A DNA stretch of 64,000 nt from Chiloscyllium plagiosum (lineage: Eukaryota), in the NCBI RefSeq assembly GCF_004010195.1, contig NC_057721.1:39696194-39760193 (forward strand), in the 5' to 3' direction. Position 1 is the first letter of the stretch; the number at the start of each line of letters is the position of its first letter. A program made the position numbers and the translations under genes. Shown in pieces: positions 52,581-61,843 of this stretch. The notes under the pieces were generated by a model. It made no database searches, was not told the origin of the DNA, and saw only the letters and a list, made by a program, of their open reading frames with translations.

Positions 52581-54850
52581 TTGCCCCTTTTACATCACAA
52601 AACTTTTTTCTATGTTGACACCTGTGCGACAGCTGTTCTCGCCCAGCAATATGACTCCTCTTGGTGCTCTGTTGCCTATTATTCCACTAAATTTGACCCT
52701 GTTGCTCAGGTTATGCCTTCTTGCACCCAGATTCTCCCTGCCATCCATACTATGATAATGGCTGCCTCAAATATAATTTTATATCAAAATGTAGAAGTCT
52801 GTACGTCCCATTCTGTGGCATCCTTGCTTACCTCTAAACATATCAAACTTCACTGTGGCTCGTCTAAGTCACTATGAGATTTCATTACTTCAGAATCGGC
52901 TTCTCTCCTTTAAATACTGCTCTAACATTAACCCCGCTACATTCCTGCGGGAAGAACCTCTTGAATTACCTGACCCTCCCCATGATTGTGTTCTCATAAA
53001 CGACCTTGTTACTAAACCACATCCTGATCTTACAGATCAGGTTCTTGTTAACCCGAACCTTACACTTTATGTTGATGGTTCTTCTTCTATCTCTCCAGAG
53101 GGCAAACACATGGCAGGATATGCAACTGACGCTTTTTCCCATACAATAGAAGCTTGTTCTGTCGAACCATCCTGTTCCGCCCAACAAGCTGAACTCCTTG
53201 CTCTCACCTGTGCCTGCGTACTTGCTGAGGAAAATCAGCTAATATCTATAATGATTCCCGCTACGCTTTTGGATGTGCCCATGATTTTTGTCAACTCTAG
53301 CAGCAGCGTGGCTTCCTTACCTCACCAGTGTGGTGTAAAATTCCAAGCAGTGGAATGTGGTGAAACGGTTAAAAATTATGTCCCAATACATGTGTGAATC
53401 TAACCGGAATGGAGGTGTTGCTTAGTCCCGTGTGAATCTGTATGTAACCAGAATGGAATGTGTCCCCTATCCTCAATGCTGCCTATGTTGCTAATCTCTT
53501 CAGTGCTATTCAACTTCCCTCTCAATTGGCAATTATCTAATGTTCTGCTCACTCCTCTGATGCTCACGATGTCACAAAAGGCAATAATACCGCTGATGCG
53601 GCTGCTAAGAAAGCAATTTTTGAGCAAAACGACATGGTTACTCAAATGATGAATAGGAAACCAAAGGGAGACTCTCCCATTTCCTCTTCTGACACCCCGA
53701 CCATGCCTGACCTAGAGCAAATATGCCCATCAGGGGGACGCCTCTAATGAGGAAAGACAAAGATAGATGAACCATGGTTGTTGTGTAAATAGTTACAATA
53801 AGCTTTGGGTTACGCTGATTGGATAGGCATGTCTACCTACTCTAGTTGATTATGTTCATACGCATACGCACATAGGTAAGGAGGGAATGGTGGACAGAAT
53901 TCTCCAAACTTGGTGGAATCCCCACTTGCAAGAAAAAGCAAAACAAGCAGCTGCAAATTGCCTAATTTGTCAAAAGCATAATCCCAGGAAAGGAGTAAAG
54001 TGTCCACCAGGTGAAACTCCTTTGCCAAGTGCACCTTTTGATAATACCCAGTTAGATTTTATAGTTACCTAGATGCCATTGTTATAAGTATTGCTTAGTG
54101 ATAATCGATGCATTTAGTAAACAGATTGAAGCTTATCCCTGTACTGACTACATAGCAACAACTACTTGTAAAATTCTATTAAGGAAATCAAAAGCAGATA
54201 TGGAATACCAGTAACGGTCTCTTCCACCAATGGCCACCACTTCTGTGTGGAGCTAAACAAGGCACTTTGTAAGAGTTTGAATACGAATCAAAAATTCTAT
54301 TGTGCCAACCATCCCCAAGCAGTGGGAATTGTAGAAAAAGCCAATGGTACCTTAAAAGGTCAGCTAAGCAGGTTGATAGAAGAAACAGGCCTTAATTGGC
54401 TGCAAGTACTCCCAATTGCCCTTCTTAATATGAGAACCATGACACAGAAAAAGACGGGATTCTTGGCGGCTGAACCGATATATGGACAGCCCCTGAGGAC
54501 TCCCTGGTCTGCACCATTAACTGCCCAACACCCTGTTGATGTGCATGTCATGGCAGAAGAGATGCACAGGTACCTGATTAAGCTAACCAAAGCATAATAG
54601 TCTTATCATCAACAGGTCAAAGAAGCCGTTCAAATACCAGGGAAGGAAGAAGAAAGCGCTCCAACGTTTAAAGACATTAACCCTGGTGACTACGTACTAT
54701 TGAAAGACATTAATTGTGAAAAATTGGGCCCCGGCTGGAAAGGCCCTTATCAAGTTCTTTTGACAACTGAAACTGCAGTAAAGATAGAAGGACACTCAAC
54801 ATGGTCTACAAAGGACATTGCAAGCTTGTAACCCCCTCACAGTCTTAAGT
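52581..54850 (+). pseudogene. pol: ERV pol remnant: RT connection, RNase H, integrase (protease and RT core missing)
   Basis: ATAVLAQ...VAYYSTKFDPVA (connection); LYVDGSS...SAQQAELLAL (RNase H); HTHTH...CLIC, QLDFI, HPQAVGIVEKANGTLK and GPGWKGPYQVLLTT (integrase). Confidence 0.9.
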
Positions 54851-54859
54851 GTTAGTACT

Positions 54860-56270
54860 GATACAGGCATCCAATGAAAACCTAACCCAAGCACATGCGC
54901 CCAGATGTAACCAACCCATCTGTGATATCTCAGACTGGCTAAAACTCCAACGTGACTGTATAAATAAAACCCGTACTGATACCATTCGAAGTCATGAATG
55001 CAACTGTCCAGATGAAACTCATTTAAACTACTCACATTGTGTATCCAAACATAACTCTCGACCTTATTGTCATCCTCGCAACACTTATATGCCAGTCATC
55101 ATAACCTCATCCACTCCGTCAACCGAAAACCGTTACTTTGAAATGTTTGTCTGTTCCCCTCTCAAAATGAACCGCACAGATTGCGATATTGAGCACACAG
55201 TACCGAAATCACCAAACCCTAAGGCACCTATTGCCATGAGACTGACTACCTATACCTTCTCGACGGAATCCTCTCCTATCCAACCTACCGCCACTGACAG
55301 AAATATCTTTACATGTTTCCTGTATTCAGTAGCTACTGTAATTAACAAGACAAGCTGAAAAGGTGAAGAAAGACCAAAAATACTATGCACTCCCAATCCT
55401 CCATCTGTTACTAATGCTTTCTTTATTCAAGCTAATCCCCCTGATCCATGTATTATCTGCTCACTCTTCTATCATTCTGATGTACAGTGTATAAATAGGA
55501 CTCACCCACTTATGCAATCCCTCATTTGTGATGAAAAAACCTATTCGGTAGAAGAAGCACGCTACAGTGTGAAGTGCACTAACAAACCTAAAGGATTCAA
55601 TGTTGATGCTGTTCAGTTGATAGAATGGTGCATTGAAAGACTTTCCGGTACCCACAATATGGGACAAGTGAAATAAAACTACGTAAAAATATGATCAAAA
55701 TATCAAAAATATTATCTCCATCCATTAATACACTTGGACAACTGAACGTTTGATAGCACCCACTGTTTACAAGATTCTCCTCTCGCTCCTAGTGGACTAG
55801 TCATTCATTCACAGAAGTGCACCCTTGGAACTCCTTTTAGCCCTCACTGGCAATGCAAAAACAAAGCCTACCCATATTTACTCAATGCCTGTTACGGACA
55901 TTGTGCCCCAGTATACACCTTACCACTTTTTACCCTCCACCATGAAGTAACTGAAATAGATGGTGAATGGAACGCCCACCAACATATGAATCAATACAGA
56001 ACAAAAAGTACAGGAAAACAAAACGACTTACACAACTTCTTCCATCAACACAGCTGGTGGTCCAGGTTGCTCCGAGATCTTATTCCTGGCTGGGGTGTTG
56101 AGATGGCCCTAGATCAGATAAGTGACCTTGCGTATGACATCAAAAAACTTTCCAACTCAACTGCCCACGCTTTGAAGCTGGCAAACAAAGAGTTACAGGA
56201 GACCCAGATGGTGACGCTTCAGAATCAGCTAGTGCTAGATCCCCTCCTTGCTAAAGAAGGAGGCGCTTAA
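54860..56270 (+). pseudogene. env: ERV env remnant (Cys-rich SU and N-terminal TM), truncated at the immunosuppressive domain
   Basis: Cys-rich ORF 54849. ORF 55986 has a fusion-peptide-like LIPGWGV, a heptad region and LQNQLVLDPLLAKEGG (CKS-17-like). It stops before the CX6CC motif and membrane anchor. Confidence 0.85.
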
Positions 56271-56271
56271 T

Positions 56272-56906
56272 TGATAAAGTGCAGATTTGAGACAGGGAAT
56301 TCCCTATGAACTCAACCTGTAAGTCTCTTTTAGTTCATCCTGGAAATTGTACCTTTGGTAGTTTGGAATAAAAAATACTTACACACAGATTAGCTTAATT
56401 TTAATCATCCCTTTCATTTACGAATAGCATCACTGTTATAACATAACACTGATACCTATAAGCTAAATGAATTGGGTTCTAATAACCCAGGAGAGAAGAA
56501 CATCAACTCTTCAAGAGCCCTGGCAGGCTACTCCATTGTACCATCTCAAACAGACTATCATTATACACAAGTTTACAAAGGCTGTACTGTCACAAGCACA
56601 AAATGTTAACAAAAGCACTGCATGTTCTGAACTAAACAGGTAATAGGGAAGGACAGTAATTCAGGACAGAAGTTAATTGAAACAGAGTTTTGTTTCAAGT
56701 TCAGACTCAAATATTGTTATTCATTTCACAAAGGAACAGCCATGAATGTTATCACTTGGTGCCCTGTTTATACAGATTCACTGATGTTAAGGCAAATGTT
56801 CTTAATTGTCTTACCCTCCCTGCCTGTCTGTTTTCTAGTCTGCAGCAAATGTGTACTATAATTCAAAATTACATTGTAGTCTAAATGTTTATGGACAAGT
56901 TTTTAA
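56272..56906 (-). repeat. Second LTR copy in inverted orientation
   Basis: Reverse complement of 49365-50006 (ORFs 49387- and 56690+ give near-identical translations). About 17 mismatches in 240 nt aligned by eye. Confidence 0.92.
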
Positions 56907-57532
56907 GGCTATAAACGTTCTCAAAATGGATATCAGAGTTGGTTGCCGCATTGACCATTTGAATTTAACTAATCAGTTTAAATTATCGCCCAGGATACTA
57001 AATCCCAAACGAGTTCGAATTTATTGTTTTGCCAACATTGAACCAGACAGTCTGATGTTGGGGGTATGAAAATGCAGGCACTTTGAAAATTGTAGGCACA
57101 ATTGCCGTTGAAAGAGATCCAAGAAATCAGGAACACTCTCTATCAAAGGTGCCTCTTCATATAAAACATACACACAGTAAAAAGAAAGATGATGACCCAG
57201 GGAGATCTTCAGCCGGGAGAAGAAAGACATTGAAGATGACAGCCGCGTGTGGTTTTGAAATTAAGTTGATGTAATTTTAATACGCGTCTTATTGGAACAG
57301 TATATTGTTATAGAGTTGGAAGCAGGTAATAAGCAGTTAAGAGAAAGGGGGGCTCAGAATTGTGAATAGTTGTTTAATATTCACTTTTAGAGTTAAAGAA
57401 TAAATTGATGTTATTTTCTTTAAATAGTGGAATTTGGGAGTTCACTAATATATAAAACAGATTACAAGGCAAGGTGAGCTTTTCCGGGTGTTCGGCTTAG
57501 TTAACAGAAGGGTTCACTGACGTGTCGTAACA
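56907..57532 (+). mobile_element. Partial LTR-like sequence of an apparently different family
   Basis: AATAAA near 57399 and a terminus ...CGTGTCGTAACA typical of an LTR end. No similarity seen to the ERV LTR. Confidence 0.5.
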
Positions 57533-58174
57533 GGACTAAAGCATCTGTTAAAATAACAGGGGGGAGAAATTCTTTGGGAAAAATGTTGATGAATTAGAAT
57601 CCCACACTATAAATTCAACAGCTGGCTTTTTAACTTATATGAATTTACCCGATTTGTGATTATCTTAAGAGGATGTCAAATTTTTCTCTATCGATTGAAG
57701 AAAAATCTGGGACATGGTTTATTTGTATTAGAAGACAACTTTATAGTTTTATCAATTAAAATCTTGCAGTGAGAGCAATGAGAGAGCTAACAAGGGAGGT
57801 GGGAGCTGGGCAAGAGCCTACACTGGTGGGAGGAGTGGAGTGGGAACCCATAGGGGTGGTGGGAACAGAAAAAGAGTTGCAAGAGACAGTGGGATTGGGA
57901 AAGGAACTGAGGGGAGGAAGGATTGGTGGAATCCAAGAGAAGCAATGGATGTGACCTGGAAGCCACGAGAGATGGACAAAGAGTCTGGTCACTGGTCCAG
58001 TCACAGAAAAACAGGTAGACAATTTGTTGATAGACATTTTTTCTCATTATTGATAAAATACCTGAGTTTTGAAATATAATGATATGATTTAATAGAGAAA
58101 GTGTGAAAGACACCGCGTACAAGAAAAAGTGCGAGAGGGTGAAGGCGAACGAGATTACACGCAAGAAAGCGTGT

Positions 58175-58472
58175 GGGCGGCACGGTGGCACAGTGGTTAG
58201 CACTGCTGCCTCACAGCGGCAGAGACTCGGGTTCAATTCCCGCCTCAGGCAACCCCCGTGTCTGCGTGGGTTTTCTCCGGGTGCTCCGGTTTCCTCCCAC
58301 AGTCCAAAGATGTGCAGGTCAGGTGAATTGGCCATGCTAAATTGCCCGTAGAGTTAGGTAAGGGGTAAATGTAGGGGTATGGGTGGGTTGTGCTTCGACG
58401 GGGCGGTGTGGACTTGTTAGGCTGAAGGACCTGTTTCCACACTGTAAGTAATCTAATCTAATCTAAAAAAAA
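58175..58472 (+). mobile_element. HE1-type V-SINE (tRNA-derived)
   Basis: Head GGGCGGCACGGTGGCACAGTGGTTAGCACTGCTGCCTCACAGC with B box GGTTCAATTCC; V-domain GTGCTCCGGTTTCCTCCCACAGTCCAAAGATGTGCAGGT; (AATCT)n tail. CpGs retained, so probably young. Confidence 0.9.
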
Positions 58473-59698
58473 GCAAAGAAATGCGCAGGAAAGTGAGCAT
58501 GCGGGGGAGCTGGCGACAGGGAGCCAGCGACAGGGAATGGGCAAGAGGAAGCGCGAGATGGGGAGTGCGCGCGAGGGGGCGGGTGACCTGGAATGCGTGA
58601 GAGAGAGGGCGAGGGAGGAGGCTGGCGCCGGGGAACGGTCGACGTGGTGCGAAGCGTCAGGTGAGCCAGAGCGCGCTAGGGAGGGGACTGGCAACGGGGA
58701 GTGGGCGAACCGGAGCAGGCGAGGGAGTGGGCGGGGAGGCGGGCGAGGGGAAGGGCTGGCGGGCAACATGGAGCGGGTAACGGGGGTCTGGCGATGGAGG
58801 GGGAGACAATGGTGCATGTTTGCGACGGAGAGTTGGCGACAGGCAGCAGCCGGGCAATGGGGAGCGCGAGGAAGCCGGCAGGCGACGGGGAGTTGGCGAC
58901 AGGGAGCGGTCAAGACAGAGTCACCGAGGGAGTGCGAGCGCGCATGAAAGACAGACACCCAGTGTGTGTGAGTGCACGTGAGAGACAGACACCCAGGGTG
59001 TGAGCGCGTGTGCGAGAGACGTGCCGTGGGAGAGCACGCGTGCGTGAGAGACGCTCTGAAGGAGAGTGCTGCGAGATGCGCACCGAGGGAGAGCACACAC
59101 GAGCGAGACACATACAGAGGGAAAGCGCATGCAAGAGGAACACAGCGAGTAAGAGAGAGCACGAGAGAGGCACACTGGGGGAGAGAAAGCACAAGAGGGT
59201 TACGCCAAGCAAGGGAGAGACAGCACGTGCGAGAGAGACACTGAGGGAGACAGAGCATTTTGTGAATAGTCTAATTATGGAAATTTGTTGTTCCTTCCAT
59301 CTACTTTTGAAAAGACATCTCAAATGTACTCGAACCTTCCTGAGGTTGCAAGCTCTCCAATCAACAAAAGGTGACTTTGGGTCAGATTTCTCCTAATTGT
59401 GATTTTCTTACACATGGAGATTTCAATCTTAAAAACACTCTTTCTTGGTCTCTTTCTCTACTTGTGTGTTTTTCTCTCTCTGGCTCTGTGTATGTCTCTC
59501 TCTCTCTGTTGTTTTCTCTCTGTCTCGCGCTCGCTTGCTTGCTCTGCGTCCTGCACATGCTCATGCTGCGTGTCTCTCTCACACATTCTGTCTCTTGCGT
59601 GCTGCGTGTGTCTCGCACGCTTGCTTCCTTTCTTCCCGTCTCGCATGCTGGTTCTCACTCTCACCGTGTCTCTCTCGCTTGCTTTTTTCCCCCCTTCT

Positions 59699-59970
59699 GT
59701 GTCTCACTTGCTCTCTCCAGCACCCATTCTCGCCTTCTTTAGTGTGCATTTGTCCCCTCTCAATTTCATGCATACTCCAATTCTCTCTCTCCTTTTGTGA
59801 CTCAGTGTGTCTCCCTGTGTCTGCTTCTCCCTGGGTGTCTCACTTGCTCTCTCCAGCACCCATTCTCGCCTTCTTTACGGCGCATTTGTCCCCTCTCAAT
59901 TTCATGCATACTCCAATTCTCTCTCTCCCTTTGTGACTCAGTGTGTCTCCCGGTGTCTGCTTCTCCCTGG
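59699..59970 (+). repeat. Tandem duplication, 2 x 136 bp
   Basis: GTGTCTCACTTGCTCTCTCCAGCACCCATTCTCG...CTTCTCCCTGG at 59699-59834 and 59835-59970, with few mismatches. Confidence 0.9.
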
Positions 59971-60719
59971 CTTCCTCTGTCGCTTTCTCTGTCTCCCTTG
60001 CTCTGGCGCACATTTTTGCCTTCTCTTGCTGTGTCTGACTCATGCTGTGTGCACATCTCTCTCTTGCGCGCACTTGTGTCTTTCAAGGGAGAGAGGAGAC
60101 ACACTGAGGGAGACAGCTAGTGCGCATGTGACACATCGAAGGAGAGAGACAGCGTGTGAGAGACACACACATAGCGTGCGCAAGAGAATGTGGGTGAGAG
60201 ACACACTGAGGGAGAGGGAGTGGGTGCAGTGTGTATGTGTTTGTGTGTGAGACAGAGAGCCACACAGAGGGGAGGGGGAGGAAAACGCACGGGCCCAGAG
60301 ACAGAGAAAGAGAGTGTTTTTAAAATTGAAATCTCCATGTGTAAGAAAATTACAGCTAGCAGAAATGACCCAAAGTGGGAATCCTGGAAACACAGTTTGT
60401 TGAACGGGGAGCATGCAGCCTCAAGAAGGTTCGAGTACATTTGAGGAGATATCCTGGCAAAAGTAGATGGAAGGAACAACAATTTTCCTACAATTGGACC
60501 ATTCACAAAATACCCAAACGAAGAGACTACTCTTTCAAGTTTTGCTAAGTATCTAACTTGGGGGTACAAAACTAATGGTGTCGAAGAAAACTGGATTTAA
60601 GACATTCAGTTTAAAGTAGAAGAAAGAATATTCACTGTACTTTTAATATCTTTAACATAACTATCTATTTAAGGTAGAGTGTGGGTTTTATATTTCATTT
60701 TCTTTGATTTTTATGTATA

Positions 60720-61205
60720 ATAGAATCATGCAGTGCAAAAAGAGACCTTTCAGCCAGTCTGTACCACCAAAGCTACACCAAATCCCAATTTTCAGCACTT
60801 GGCCCACAGCCTTGAACGTTATGACACTGCAAGGACTTATCCATGCACTTTTTTCAAGGTTATTAGGTTATGCATCTCTACTATCCTCCCAGGTAGTGCA
60901 TTCCTGAACCCCACCACTCTGTGGATGAGAATGTTTCCGTCAATTCCCCTCTGCATCCTGCCTCACCTTAAAAGTGTGTTTCTTCATTACTCACCCCTCA
61001 ATTAATGGGATCAGCTGCTCTCCAGCGTTGGCAAGGTTAAATTTCACCTTCCACTGATCCGCCCATCTGATCAATCTGTTTATATTCTTCTGTAACCTGA
61101 GACCTTTTTCCTGTCAACCACTTGACCAATTTGTGTCATCTGCAAACTTATCTATCACCAATCCCCACATATTCATTTACATTGTTTATATATATCACGA
61201 ACAAT
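60720..61205 (-). mobile_element. CR1 fragments
   Basis: TAGAATCAT tail, CCCACCACTCTGTGGATGA and GTGTCATCTGCAAA (FADDT on the minus strand). Confidence 0.65.
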
Positions 61206-61740
61206 AGTAACATTATATTATTTTAAACCTGAAGCATTTGGAATAATTATTTTAACTAAATACCCGAGTTTCTGATTACATTTCTGGTTGATATCGAGAT
61301 CATTACATAGGAAGAAGTAGTCTTGTTACAAATGTGTAGGCCTTTAGTAAAACTAAATCTGGAGTACTGTGCATAGTGTCTATCAAAGGATATACTTGGC
61401 TTGAAGGGGAAACCAATTTCACTGGATTGGTTCCTGAGAGGAAAAGTTTGTCCTAAGATGAGAGGTTACATCTGCCCCATGGCCTTGACTTATTATACAC
61501 TAAGGAAGTTACTGTTGTAATATACATCAGTGCTGTGACACAGTGATATTCCAAATTCCAATTTAATTTCAAACTCACTGAGATATGAAAGTCTTAATGA
61601 AAAGTGATCAACCTACAAGATTAATTTTGCTTCTTTCTCCACAGAGGCTTCCAGTCCCAAATACTTTTTGTTTTAATTTCCAAACTTTCAACAGCTGCAG
61701 TACTTTTTTCTTCTAAAGACACAGAAGTAATGGATCTTAC

Positions 61741-61843
61741 CTCCAGCAACAAGCCCAGATTCTCCTAATTGAATGGCCACTCCAAATCCACCGAGTTTCA
61801 CAGGCGCTGAATTTTCCTTCGAAGCAAGTAACACACAATGTGG
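61741..61843 (-). CDS. CASK: CASK coding exon (human exon 6 equivalent), CaMK-like domain
   Basis: Minus strand cag|CCACATTGT...GCTGGAG|gtaag. 103 nt, translates [34 protein letters not shown](G), with the CASK-specific GFG in place of DFG. Not shown in this frame in the ORF track. Confidence 0.97.

Larger units (their letters stand above)
49341..56906 (+). mobile_element. Defective endogenous retrovirus (gamma/epsilon-like, class I) antisense in CASK intron 6
   Basis: LTR, PBS, gag (capsid, CCHC knuckle), RT-connection/RNase H, integrase and env with an immunosuppressive domain, in canonical order. Many stops and frameshifts. Confidence 0.92.

Noticed and set aside
51760-53300. APOBEC-like G-to-A hypermutation of the ERV (probable TGG to TAG/TGA at 51762, 52481, 53298)
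   Set aside because: Only three inferred sites. Trp codons are a common route to stops under neutral decay, and no consensus is available to test for bias.
49365-56906. DIRS/Ngaro element or autonomous piggyBac as the explanation for the inverted termini
   Set aside because: The interior encodes a DDE integrase, RNase H, env and a tRNA PBS. No tyrosine recombinase or transposase is visible, and the ends lack typical piggyBac CC(C/T) termini.
57756-60569. Many overlapping long ORFs (up to 266 aa)
   Set aside because: They arise from GA/CT/CA low-complexity sequence and a SINE, which lack stop codons. The translations are compositionally biased with no domain motifs.
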